Shown: positions 1 to 12,711 of the stretch, piece after piece
How the letters are laid out: the number at the start of each line of letters is the position of its first letter
Numbering within the stretch: the first letter of the stretch is position 1
From: Octopus bimaculoides
Taxonomy: Eukaryota
Assembly (NCBI RefSeq): GCF_001194135.2
Contig: NC_068988.1
Coordinates: 87,589,395-87,653,394, forward strand
Reading direction: 5' to 3'
Length of the DNA stretch: 64,000 nucleotides
Notes under the pieces: generated by a model
The model's database searches: none
Told to the model about the DNA's origin: nothing
The model's input: the letters and a program-made list of their open reading frames with translations, nothing else
Position numbers and translations under genes: made by a program

Positions 1-944
1 TAACCAGCAAGTTCAACAGACCAATGATTACATCCTCAGAAATTTCATGAGGTCAATTGCAAAAGATCTCCAAGTGTCAGAAGGAACAGTCAGAATATTG
101 TCCACGAAGGCATCAGATATAAGTCTTATATGATGAGGAAAGGTCAATTTGTCCGAAAAAGCAAAAGAAAATCAGTACATCAGATCTAAAAGCTCTTAAA
201 CAAACTGAAAAATCCAGCAGAAGATTTGATTTGGTTTATCACAAATGAGAAAAACTTCAACCAAGATCAAAAAGTTAACAGAAGAAATGACAGATGGTTA
301 TGTGAAGACCCTTCTGAAGTTCCAAGTGTTATGCATACAAAATTTCCTGCAACTGTCATGGTTTTAGGGGCTGTCAGTAATGAAGGACATGTGATGCCTC
401 CTTACTTCTTTCCATAAGGCCTTAGAGTTAACTCTGCCGCCTACACTGAGGTCTTGGAAATAATTGTTAAGCCCTGGATAGACAGTCTATGCAATGGAAG
501 GCCATATGTGTTTCAGTAAGACTATCACACATGGCTTTAGTAACACAAGAATGGATGGCTGAAAATTTTCATGATCACATAACCCCTAACATTTGGCCTC
601 CTAATTCCCCAGATCTCAATCCATTGGACTATTACATGAAAAGCGTTGTTGAGAGAGAGGTCAATGAACACACCCATAACACCAAAGATTCTTTGAAAGC
701 TGCTATAGTCAGAGTAATGTCCAAAATGAACCAGGACCACTTGATTCGAGCATTTAGATGATTTAGATCTCATATAGAAGCAGTTGTTGAAGCTGAAGGT
801 GGCTTAATTGAATAACATTATAGAAAAGAAGGTTTATTTTTAGCCTCAGAGCATTTTTTGATAAATAAAGTCATTACCTGTTATTAAGTATCTGGGTTTT
901 TTTTTATAAACATAAATCTGTCCTCACATATCTTATGCATCCAG
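1..944 (+). mobile_element. Tc1/mariner (maT/DD37D-like) transposase remnant; 5' part lies outside the window
   Basis: ORFs 226-417 and 489-761 carry 'TVMVLGAVSNEG..MPPYFF' and 'WPPNSPDLNPLDYY', broken by stops and frameshifts. The element ends in a TIR-like 'cttatgcatccag' followed by TA at 945-946. Confidence 0.85.
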
Positions 945-2069
945 TATATATATAGACATAGACATATATATATGTGTGTGTGTGTGTATATATATACACA
1001 CACACACACATATATATAAATGTATGTTTCTATCTATCTGTCTGTCTGTGTGTATACATATAACATGCTTGCATCTAGCTGTCTATGTCTATATATATAC
1101 TGGATGCATAAGATATGTGAGGACAGATTTATGTTTATAATGTGTGTATATATATATATATAATATATATATAGTGAGAGGGAGAGAGAGGGAGAGAGGT
1201 TTGGTCTGTTAAAACAAGCCATTGTTGTAAAATACTCTCCACCATCAAACACACACACACACACCCACTTTATCATTCTATTACAGTTTTGTTATGTCTT
1301 ATTTTCTCAAACAACATGACCAACCATCAACCTCACCTAACTTGCCAGCTTACATAAGGTAAACAAGGTAGATTCTTTTTTTTTCTTTTCTTTTATTTCT
1401 TCTCAAAGTTTTTGATATTTTTCTAAATGACCTTTCCGATAAAATAACATGTTTATGGCATCAGAGAGAGAGAGACACCATTCATCCCACCCCATGTCAC
1501 CACCCTCACCACATAGCCACAATCATTCATCTGTCACTATAATCATTTCTAAATAATATACTGCACCGAGTACCACCAAAGCCACCACCATCACACAATA
1601 CCAACACTACAATGCCATGAATCAACCATTAAACTGCTATGTAACCATTTGATTTACAAGTAGTAGCAGTCATATGTTCCACAAGTCACACAGTGCAGTC
1701 TTTTACCTGTTTGTTACTAGGTTTCTTTTGAAATGCTCTGCTTGTTGTTGTCATTGTCGCTTAATGTTTGTTTTCCATGCTGGCATGGATTGGACAGTTT
1801 GACAGGAGCCAGCCAGCCAGCCTGAGGGGTGAATGACTCAGTTGTTTGTTTTAGCATGGTTTCTACAGCTGGATGCCCTTCTTAAAGCCAACCACTTTAC
1901 ATGCTGTGATGGGTGCCTTTTACATGCCACCAGCACAGGTGTATCAATGCAGCAGTGGCACCAGTGCAGTTTATGTGGCACCAGCACAAGTGCAATTAAT
2001 GTGGCACTGGCACCTGCAAAGGACATGCCTGCATGTATGGATGATGTGTCTTTCAGTCGGTTTTGAAAA

Positions 2070-2400
2070 TAATATTTTTCCTTCTTCTTTTCGGCCACTG
2101 TTCCTTGGAGGATCATGTGGGGTAGAGTACTCAGGTACCTCAGGCGCCCCTTCTCCATAGGATCCAATCAGAAGCAACACCTGGTCAAATACAAATACCA
2201 GCTTGAGGGCTTGGCACAAATGAGATCAGACTCCACCCAATGCCAGGACAACCAGTAATAAGCCTACAATTTGTTCTGAGAGGCAGATGTCAGGTAAGAT
2301 TACATGGCAAGGCACTAAGGATACATGTCCCAGGACTCTGAAGCAAGTCCAGGAAGGACAACCATTTATGATTGGGAAAATAATGAATGGTTTAGTAAAA
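2070..2400 (-). mobile_element. Degenerate RTE-clade LINE ORF2 3' fragment
   Basis: Minus-strand 'RLRYLSTLPHMILQGTVAEKKKEK' resembles the RTE C-terminal pattern 'LRWYGHV...KxILQGTVxGxRxRGR'. Frames are broken. Confidence 0.55.
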
Positions 2401-3217
2401 CAACTGTCATTATTAAATTGGTATTGAGAACATGAATTTAATATGAAATTTTGATGAAAAACTTTACAATTATAAACTTGGGTTGACCAAAACCTTGCGA
2501 GTGGATTTGATAAGTGGAAACTAAAATAAACCCGACATATATATGAATGTATATATTTATGAGTGTGTGGGTCTGTCCCCCTGCCATCACTTGACAACCA
2601 ATGCTGATGTGTTTATGTCTCCATAACTTAGCAGTTCGGCAAAAGTGACCAATAGAATAAGTTCTGGGGTCAATGGCTAACTAAGCAGTCAAATGACTGA
2701 AATGAGTAAACGAATAAGAAAAGTATGTGTGTGTATTTATGTGACAGTTTTCATGTACTAAATCCACTCACATGTCTTTGGTTGGCCTAAGGCTACAGTG
2801 TAAAACACTTGCCCAAAGTGCATGCAGTGGGACTGAAACCAAGAACATGTGGTTGGGAAGTGAACTGCTTAACCACACAGTCATGCCTGTGCCTGGATGC
2901 ATTTTACTGTGACTGCAGCACCAGACAAACATTGCCATAGGCTCAACAAGACTAGAGAGTCTTCTCAAAGCCACAACGCTTTTCTTTGCTTGCAAATTAC
3001 TCCATTGGATATTTGGGTGTATTTTTTATTTTATGAATCCAGCACTAATGGGGATCACCTTAATCTATGTCAAAAAATTGGATGGGATGGTCATGTGTGC
3101 GATACCTTTTGGTCATAGGTTTCACTCAATCAGGGCTGATTTGATACTAGACACCATCATCACAACAGCAGCAGTACACCTGTAAAACACCTGTAAAACA
3201 CCACATTCACAACTTAC

Positions 3218-3337
3218 CTGCCTCTGTAATGAATCCCAGGCATCAGTAACCAGTTTATTATTAGAGTTTGTCCGTGTGTCCAGACCATACTGTTGTTCTA
3301 TAGTGTTGGTCATGTGTTTCACTATGTCTTTGGTTAC
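3218..3337 (-). CDS. Tetraspanin coding exon 4 (start of large extracellular loop: VTKDIVKHMTNTIEQQYGLDTRTNSNNKLVTDAWDSLQRQ)
   Basis: 120 nt, phase 0/0. Acceptor tttgtctacAG (3339-3338), donor GTAAGT (3217-3212). The 'QYG...TDAWDSLQ' pattern is typical of the helices preceding the CCG motif. Confidence 0.9.
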
Positions 3338-4787
3338 CTGTAGACAAACAAATAGATGTTAGAATACAAAAATCAACACAATCGTCATCATCATCACCAC
3401 AACCATCACCATCAAACGTCCATTTTCCATGCTGGCACGGGCTGGACGGTTTGCCAGGAGCTGGAGAGCTGCCCGGTCTCCATGTCTGTTTTGGCATGGT
3501 TTCTACAGAAGAAGAGGGTAATTTCCGGATAAAAAGCTTTACGTGATCATGATGATGACTATGACAACATTACCATATTCTCTAGCATTTTTCAGACCAG
3601 AATTTACAGCCCCACCCAACCCCGAAAAAGAAGATTTATACACCTAGACAACTTTTGGAGAAACAAAGATTCCACGTGAAATGCAATAGGAAAGATAGTG
3701 ATGATGCATGAATATTTACATTATGTACTAAGTTGACGTGCATGCCAAAAAATATGGTTAATTTCCTTTTTTTCAGCACAACCACCAGAGAAGTGCTATG
3801 GCAGAGTGGCTGACGATGCCTGTTCTATACAATCACCATCTGGCACTAGACTCCACAACGAAACAAGATTGCACAACTAAGTAAAAACTGTTGTAGCACA
3901 CACACAAATGCAATGCTTCAGTCCCAAAAGACATTGCTGCACAAAAGAACTACAGGAAACATAATTGCTTCAAATTTTGACACGAAGGGGAGTTAGTTGG
4001 TTACATAGATGACCCTCGTGTGCAAATGATACCTATTTTATCAACTCTGAAAAGGTGAAAGGCAAAATTGATTTTGGTGCTATTACAAACTCAGAACTTA
4101 AAGAACCAAAAGAAATATCACTAAGCATTTTGTGTAACTTGCTAATGACTTAGCCTGCTTGCTCTTAATGAGGATGATGATTATCAAATTTCATTCGTCA
4201 CAGGGGTGTCAGATGGTGGAGGGAGTATTAGAAAGACCGGTTACAACTAAAGGAGGGGTTTACATAACATCAGATGAACAAGACAAAATGGGTGGGGAGG
4301 AGAAATGAGATGAAAAAGTATTAAAAAAACTATGTGAATAAGATGGAAGATGAAGACCTCCTAAAAGGGCCTCCAGCAGGGGCCCAACAAGGAACCCCAC
4401 AGATCCAGGATCATCCTGATCACCAAGGGCACAAACATTCATATGGAACAATTGTCGGTTTCTGTCATCACCATCAAAGTGGTGAGCTGGCTGAATCATT
4501 AGGACACTGGTCAAAATGCTTTGTGGAATGTTGTCAGTCTTTATGTTCTCAGTTTGGATTTCACTGTGGTGGTCTTTGCTTTTCCTTCTCTTAGGGTTGA
4601 TAAAAAAAGATACCAGTTGAACACTGAGGGTTGATGTAATCAACTAGACCCCTCTTCCAAAACTGCTGAACTTGTGCCAATAACAGAAAGAATTATCATT
4701 AACACTCCTAATGATTGTCAATCCCTGCAATAGTAATCACATCCTTCATTTAAAACAAATGACCAATTAACATTTATACTAAAATGC

Positions 4788-4833
<46 letters not shown>

Positions 4834-5502
4834 CAAGGCTGACAGATATGTCTTTCATCTTTCACATGAGGTGGATAAAAAAATATAAAAAGGGGAAAAA
4901 AATGTCAGCTGTCACAACAATGTCTATGGCAACGTTTAGGAATAAGAACCTTCTGTGTGAAACATTGCTAAAAAACATGGAACTGTCAAATGTCCTCACA
5001 CAAACAACCCAGGGATAAGGAACTGACGTGAGACATTACACTTCTGCCCCCACTAGGGAGCTAGTTNNNNNNNNNNNNNNNNNNNNNNNNNNNNNNNNNN
5101 NNNNNNNNNNNNNNNNNNNNNNNNNNNNNNNNNNNNNNNNNNNNNNNNNNNNNNNNNNNNNNNNNNNNNNNNNNNNNNNNNNNNNNNNNNNNNNNNNNNN
5201 NNNNNNNNNNNNNNNNNNNNNNNNNNNNNNNNNNNNNNNNNNNNNNNNNNNNNNNNNNNNNNNNNNNNNNNNNNNNNNNNNNNNNNNNNNNNNNNNNNNN
5301 NNNNNNNNNNNNNNNNNNNNNNNNNNNNNNNNNNNNNNNNNNNNNNNNNNNNNNNNNNNNNNNNNNNNNNNNNNNNNNNNNNNNNNNNNNNNNNNNNNNN
5401 NNNNNNNNNNNNNNNNNNNNNNNNNNNNNNNNNNNNNNNNNNNNNNNNNNNNNNNNNNNNNNNNNNNNNNNNNNNNNNNNNNNNNNNNNNNNNNNNNNNN
5501 NN

Positions 5503-5840
5503 TCAGTCCCACTGCGTGGCACCTTGGGCAAGTGTCTTCTACTTATAGCCTCGGGCCGACCAAAGCCTTGTGAATGGATCAGGTAGACAGAAACTGAAAG
5601 AAGCCCATCGTATATATGTGTATATATATATATATATATATGCATGTGTGTTTCTCCCCCCACCATCGCTTGACAACCGATGCTGGTGTGTTTACATCCC
5701 CGTAACTTAGTGGTTTGGCAAAAGAGACCGATAGAATAAGTACTAGGCTTACAAAGAATAAGTCCTGAGGTCGATTTGCTTGACTAACGGCGGTGCTCCG
5801 GCATGGCCGCAGTTAAATGACTGAAACAAGTAAAAGAGTA
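5503..5840 (+). mobile_element. tRNA-type SINE with CORE-like segment (family B); 5' end lies in a gap
   Basis: 'gttcagtcccactgcgtggcaccttgggcaagtgtcttc' (B-box plus CORE-like ccttgggcaagt), a central (TA)n, and a 3' module ending 'gactgaaacaagtaaaagagta'. Closely similar copies occur at 9447, 32321 and 33220. Confidence 0.85.
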
Positions 5841-7022
5841 TGACAAAATGCCACTAAAGCATTTTGCCTGGTATGCTAACAATTCTGCCAGCTAGTTGCC
5901 TTGATAATAATAATAATAATAATAATTCTTTAATTGCTTTGAATTAAGGTACAAAGCCAAAAGTTTGTAGGGGAGGTGTTCAGTTGATACCTTCAACCTC
6001 AGTACTTGATTGGCATTTTATTGACCATGGACATTAAATGCAATGGTGATTGTGTTGGTAGTCGAAACCAGAATATAAGTTGGAAGAAACACCACAGTGT
6101 ATTTCGTCTGATGCTCAGATGATTCTACTAATTAAAAAAACTATAATGATAGTAATAATAAGTGCTTGATTGGCATTAGCTCAGCAATTTTAAGGGTAGG
6201 AGTGAGTCAATTACTTCGACCCCAGTGTTCAACTGGTACTTATCGACCCTAAAATGATAAAAGGCAAAGTGGACCTTAGTGGTATTTGAACTCTGAACGT
6301 AAAAACAGATGAAATGTTGGCAAGAATTTTGCCTAATATGCTAACGATTCTACCAGCTTGCTGTCTTAATAATAATAAAGACTTCTTTATTAAACCACTA
6401 ACAACAATAAAGATTATAACAACATTTTACTTGCTAATAACAATAAGGACTGCAGCGCTGGTTTCCAAAATGCAAGAAAAGAAAAAGAAAGATGATGCAC
6501 GCATACATGAAGATAAGAGTTATCTCCCATGGAACAAAAAAAAAAAACTTTAATTCACTAGTAATGTTAGAGAATGGAATAGATATTTGAGGAATTAACA
6601 TGAAGACAGATATAAAACAGAGGAGTATACGGGCAGTGAGATTCATATATTTAGTTAAATATAGAGTGACAGTTAGTTATATAGACACTTACAAGTATAG
6701 ATAAATCAAGAATGAGATATATGTAGAGAGATAGTGACAGAGACAGTTGTATAGATATAAAGAGACAAATATAATAGCTATGCATTGATAGTTTCTCCCT
6801 TTGTCCACACACACACACCGACAAGGTCGAAGTTGACTTTGACTAGTTAAGATCACTTCTTAAACTTATTTCATTCTAAGAAATACTCCGTTTGGTTCCT
6901 TTATCACTGACAACATCTCGTATAGCTCATAAGGCTTGCAAAGGATATGCAAGTCATTCCCACATTGACTACACGTTAGTTTCCCAGCAACAGCCGCAAC
7001 CTAACTATCTAGATAATTGGAT

Positions 7023-7382
7023 TTGTTGTTGTTGTTGTTGTTGTTGGCACTCCATCGCTTACGACATCGAGGGTTCCAGTTCATCCGATCAACGGAACAG
7101 CCTGCTCGTGAAATTAACGTAATTCTCGGGGAGATTCAGCGTGACACAGAGTGTGACAAGGCTGACCCTTTGAAATACAGGCACAACAGAAACAGGAAGA
7201 AAGAGTGAGAGAAAGTTGTGGTGAAAGAGTACAGCAGGGTTCGCCACCACGCCCTGCCGGAGCCTCGTGGAGCTTTAGGTGTTTTTGCTCAATAAGCACT
7301 CACAACGCCCGGCCTGGGAATCGAAACCGTGATCTTATGATTGCGAGTCCGCTGCCCTAGCCACTGGGCCATTGCGCCTCCA
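7023..7382 (-). mobile_element. tRNA-type SINE family A (young copy)
   Basis: Minus-strand head 'ggaggcgcaatggcccagtggctagggcagcgg...gtttcgattccc' has A/B boxes; (CAA)n tail. Closely similar copies occur at 11096, 17756 and 31067. Confidence 0.9.
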
Positions 7383-7614
7383 CTAATTGGGATTTATAAC
7401 ACTGAATGAATCCACGGGATGACTAACACATCTCGTTAAATAAGGTGCACAGATACTCATATATCTACCTGTCTATATCTATCTATATAATCTCCAACTA
7501 AATATCTTAAGTGCTACTTTCCTTTGTTCACACACATGCTAAGTATATATAAATTGTCACATTTCTGGGTGGTTATTTTATTTTATTTTTTGCCAAATAA
7601 ACACATGCACTATA

Positions 7615-7872
7615 TATTCGTTCTTCACTCATTTATTACTCTCCTTATTTTAAATGCTGTCCACTGTCTGGAAATCATTCGTCACACATCTGTGACCTCT
7701 TCAACGACACTTTCCACCCTCGTGTGTGCTCCTGCTCAGTCCGTTCCCTATGCAGGAGCATACACAAAGATGGAAAGTGTCGCTGAAGATGTCACAGATG
7801 CGCGATGAAAGATTTCTGGACAATGGACATCGGTTAAAATAAGAAGAGTAATAAACGAGTGAAGAACGAATA
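7615..7872. other. Long gap-free inverted repeat (121-bp arms, 16-nt spacer) followed by an A-run
   Basis: Arms 7615-7735 and 7752-7872 align without indels at 103/121 matches (manual count). Confidence 0.95.
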
Positions 7873-8538
7873 CGATAAAAAAAAAAAAAAAAGAACCAAC
7901 CAGAATTATATAACAATATCTGTTTCAAAACACGGTTTCACCTCAGGAATCTTGCAACACAGACTCATAAATGTGTGTATATATATATATATATATATGT
8001 GGAGAGAGAGAAGAGATAGGGTGAAATTGTTAGCTGGAGAAAGACAATTAGATAGTTAGATATAGACAGAAAGACTGAAATATAGACCAACTGGTATGTA
8101 ATGCAGTACAGATCATATTATTGCAGAAAACATTTACACTTGTTCCCTTACAATTTATGTAAGTCATAACCCCAGAGGCAACACACAACTCAGACACCTG
8201 AACAAACCCAATTACCATCTTGTTGGGTTTCATGTTTTCTTCTCTCTCTCTCTCTGCACTTTTTCAAACATTTTATAGACAGATGTTTAAGTATGTGAGT
8301 GTGTGTGTGTGTGTGCATGCGCATACCCAAAATAAATCATTGAATGGTAGTAAGTAGCCTTATATAAAATTAATTTACACTCTATGTGGCATGTTATATG
8401 TTTAACCTCATGCTCTAATTACGTTATCTACATCATCATCAATTATTATTGACNNNNNNNNNNTTATATGTTTAACCTCATGCTCTAATTACGTTATCTA
8501 CATCATCATCAATTATTATTGACATAGATAAATACATG

Positions 8539-8584
<46 letters not shown>

Positions 8585-8899
8585 AGGTAGTGGTTTAGCA
8601 ATGTATTACCAAAAAGGAAAGCTTAAATTAAATATAAATGAGGGCATTAGAACACCTAAAATGCTAGAAATAAGAGCTAAAGTGCTCTGATGCTGCAGCC
8701 AACGCACACATAATTGTATACATACATACATACTGACAGTGACAGTAAATGGCAGTCGATATATATATATTATATATATGTATACACACACCTTATTTTT
8801 ATATGCATATATATATATATATATATATCTATGTGTGCCTGACAACCAGTGTTGGTGTGTTCACATCCCTGTAACTTAGTGATTTGGCAAAAGAGATTG

Positions 8900-9955
8900 A
8901 GATGAACATTTCAGCATTTGGGTGTCAATCTCAGGAGATGTAGCGAGAGTGATAAAAATCAAACATCCAGTCAACATCATGGCGTTTGGAGTGATCATTA
9001 GTGATGGTGACATTATGCCTCCATTCACCTTCCCACACGGGCTCAGACTCAACACAGAGACCAACATCAAGTGCCTGGAGGAGGTAGTGTTGCTCTGGAT
9101 CAAGAGAGCGGCTTCTGGAAGACCTTATGTCTGGGAACAGGACCCTGCAACATGCCACACAAGCAGGAGAACCCAGTCATGGCTGTCAGACAATTTCTTG
9201 CGACCACGTCACCCCTAACATCTGGCTACCTAACTATCCAGACTGCAACTCCCTTGATTATTATGTGTGGGGTGCAGTTGAGCGAGAGACCAACAAAACT
9301 CCTTGTAACACTCAAAGATGAACTGAAGGCAAGGATTATGGCAGCATTTGCCAACTTAAACAAGGAGACCGTCCAGAAGAGTTGTAGGAGATTCCGAAGT
9401 CATCTGGAGGCCGTGGTTGGAGCCAATGGCGATTCTATTGAATAAATTTACTCTTTTACTTGTTTCAGTCATTTGACTGCGGCCATGCTGGAGCACCGCC
9501 TTTAGTCAATCAAATCGACCCCGGGACTTATTCTTTGTAAGCCTAGTGCTTATTCTATTGGTCTCTTTTGCCGAACCGCTAAGTTACGGGGACATAAACA
9601 CACCAGCATCGGTTGTCAAGCGATGGGTGAACAAACACAGACACACAAACATATACGCACAAACATATATATACATATATACGACGGGCTTCTTTCAGTT
9701 TCCGTCTACCAAATCCACTCACAAAGCTTTGGTCGGCCCGAGGCTATAGTAGAAGACACTTGCCCAAGGTGCCACGCTGTGGGACTGAACCCGGAACCAT
9801 GTGGTTGGTAAGCAAGCTGCTTACCACACAGCCACTCCTGCACCTATTACAAGATATTTTTATGTAATTTTAGTAAATATATCTATTAAAATGCGGATGT
9901 TGGTGTTATTTTCATTTTTGTGTAATTCAGACGACAGTTTATTCACATCCTGTGT
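8900..9955 (+). mobile_element. Tc1/mariner (maT, D37D spacing) remnant interrupted in its 3' UTR by a family B SINE
   Basis: 'KHPVNIMAFGVIISDGDIMPP', 'WEQDPATCH...PDCNSLDYYVWGAVE' and 'RFRSHLEAVVGANGDSIE*'. There are 37 residues between the 2nd and 3rd Asp after fixing a 1-nt frameshift. The tail appears to resume at 9848 and ends in TIR-like 'ttattcacatcctg'. Confidence 0.85.
9447..9847 (-). mobile_element. Full-length family B (CORE-like) SINE
   Basis: Minus-strand head 'ataggtgcaggagtggctgtgtggtaagc...ggttccgggttcagtccc', CORE-like segment, and 3' module ending 'aagtaaaagagtaaa'. Confidence 0.9.
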
Positions 9956-9963
9956 GTGTGTGA

Positions 9964-10010
<47 letters not shown>

Positions 10011-10190
10011 TGTACATCTATACACACACATACACACCAATGTGTAAGTTGTTGAAAGATAGATATATAGATAAAAAAACAGAAAGACAAATGCCCTGAA
10101 TACACACTAAATCACAATTCCAACTACCCCGACTGTTTTGTCTTCCTAATGTCATCCTAACCTGAGACACAACAAAGAAGTAAAACAGTA

Positions 10191-10227
<37 letters not shown>

Positions 10228-10339
10228 CACACACTTATGGGGGTGGCCACTGGATGTCTGTATTTTATATTGTTTTCTTATTGTTGTATGAGTTTGTCAG
10301 TTGATTGTACATAAAACAGTGTCAAAGTTTATACTTCCC

Positions 10340-10830
10340 ACAGCCAGTGGCTCAGGAATTAAATTTGCTTAGGGGCCGCAAACTCAGGTCCAAAGTTTTT
10401 TTTACAAACAAGGCTGGGTTTGCTTTTTTCAGTCTTAATTTCAATACAAACACAGGTATAATAATAATTTTTATTATCATACAGGGAAAAGCAATGCTTC
10501 AAATCATTTCAAAAGGTTTTCTATGCTTGCTTGTTTTGGTTAAGTTTTCCAAGAGGAAATCCAAAGTGTTTTCATTACACAAACTTTTATGCACATGCAT
10601 CGCTGCACAGTGTGTCAGACGGTGTTGCGTCATTGTGATACAGAGTGAGGACTTCAAACAGCAAAGTGTGCCGAACATTCTCTCACTAAATGCAACAGAC
10701 AGGCTTGCAACATAATGACATTCTTATCACAAAGACTTGTCCATAGTGCTTTCAGAAGAATGATGCATTGGTGAACAAAGTTCAATGCATCAGTGACCAT
10801 GGCAACAGTAGATCCAACTTCTTGGAGGCC
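10340..10830 (-). mobile_element. Possible highly decayed hAT-type transposase fragment
   Basis: Minus frame 'HQCIILLKALWTSLCDKNVIML' weakly resembles the hAT/GTF2IRD2-type motif 'HCIIHQEALC.KSL..NVM'. The similarity is weak. Confidence 0.25.
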
Positions 10831-11095
10831 TAAGACCAGAGAATGATTTCTACAGTGTACAAAACATGTACCAGGAAACGTCTTCTAATCTCTTTTGTAT
10901 GCCTGAAATGCTTCCACTTATGGTACATACACCATCAAAAGCAAAGACAGCATAATTTTGAGGCCAGAGAAATGTTTAGACAACAAAAAATATCCAAAAT
11001 AACCTTAGTCAGTGTCTCTGAAGTGTAGTCAAGAGGTTTATAACAGTTGAGAAAATCTTTGTGGGTACCCTGGATTTGAGGAACAAAACAACATC

Positions 11096-11471
11096 ATTGT
11101 TGTTGGCACTCCGTCGCTTACGACGACGAGGGTTCCAGTTGATCCGATCAACGGAACAGCCTGCTCGTGAAATTAACGTGCAAGTGGCTGACCACTCCAC
11201 AGACATGTGTACCCTTAACGTAGTTCTCGGGGATATTCAGCGTGACAAGGCTGACCCTTTGAATTACAAGCACAACAGAAACAGGAAGTATGAGTGAGAG
11301 AAAGTTGTGGTGGAAGAGTACAGCAGGGTTCACCACCATCCCCTGCCGGAGCCTCGTGGAGCTTTAGGTGTTTTTGCTCAATAAACACTCACAACGCCCG
11401 GTCTGGGAATCGAAACCGCGATCCTATGACCGCGAGTCCACTGCCCTAACCACTGGGCCATTGCGCTTCCA
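11096..11471 (-). mobile_element. tRNA-type SINE family A
   Basis: Same head, body and tail as 7023-7382. 'acaacatca' occurs on both flanks (possible TSD). Confidence 0.9.
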
Positions 11472-12673
11472 CTTTCATACAACATCAACATCAACAAACA
11501 AGGAATCTTCAACTTTTTTCTGATCTCACGTAGGGTGTTATGAGCCTCTGAGATTTCATTTTGTCGTTGAAGCTGCTGACTTATTTCTGCACCACACTCT
11601 TTGACAAGTTCTTTTAAGAGATTTACAAAGTTTTCTGTGACATTTTTTCTTCCAAGATGGAATTTGTAACTTCTTGTATCTTTTACTAAGATCCTTCAAC
11701 AATGGAACTGTGAACTGTTATTGTCTTTCACTGGGGATTTCCTTAATTCTCTGATCATGAAAGTGCTAACCACTATTATTACTAAGCAAGTTCTTTAATT
11801 TTTCAATGAACTGATAACTACTAATATCCTTTATTAAAAATATTCCTTCTTTCTCTCCAAAGACAGAATAATTGGCTTACATGGAAATCTTTGCTCAATG
11901 ACATATGATCCACATGCTCAATTATGGATATAGTCACTAATGCATCAAGTTCCGGAAGTAGTCACAATCTTTTGTGTTGGGAATACCAACGGATTTAAGG
12001 ATTCTGGTTTACATGTGTAGAAGTTATTAAGCATAACTTAACATTTAGTGGTAGTGGTGATGTATGATGTATGGTTTGGCATTGGCTGGTATTGCTTGTA
12101 TGAACTGTGCATCTTGTCCCAGGTAAATGGGTGAAGTTATAGTCACTGTATATGCATAGTCTCTCGTGTTGAGAATAGATGCATATTTCAGGGTTTTGTG
12201 TGTTCATAATTTCATTTTATCTACAGTTGGTAGATTTATCATGGAGCTGTCAGGTATACATTCAGATTGAGGTGGACGGTAGGAAAAGAAAGGAGTAATT
12301 CTTCATAATTTTGGAGTAGTAGTGGTATAATGGTAGTAGCAGTAGAATAGGATGACAATGGTGATAATAGATTTCTTGTGTTATTCTGAGAAGAATTTGA
12401 GTGGTCTGGCTATGGAGAAAAGCTAAGAACTATGTTACTTAATAGTTCATCATAGTATGGAAGAGCAACTTCTAATGCTGATTTTGTTGCTGTTGCTATT
12501 TAGTTGTGGTAAGGGTTGTAGCAGTAGGTCATGATGATAATGATGATGGGCCACTTATAGTATTCAGAGGAAATGAAGTGGATAGTTACACTGTGAAGGG
12601 CTTTTGATGTCGGAGTTTAACAGTACATCAATTGTGCTAATATTGAGGAGTGACTGTGGTTGCTATACTGTTT

Positions 12674-12711
<38 letters not shown>

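Noticed and set aside
2226-2300. 'EQIVGLLLVVLALGGV*' considered as TM4
   Set aside because: It lies inside an RTE remnant, has no splice sites, and no CCG exon was found between it and exon 4.
6420-6560. Hydrophobic minus-strand stretch 'YACIIFLFLF / ILETSAAVLIVISK' considered as the TM3 exon
   Set aside because: It needs a frameshift and has no proper acceptor. The exon at 16559-16633 fits length, phase and splice sites.
8394-8523. 60-bp direct duplication around the 10-N gap at 8454-8463
   Set aside because: Identical sequence on both sides of a gap is a typical contig-overlap artefact.
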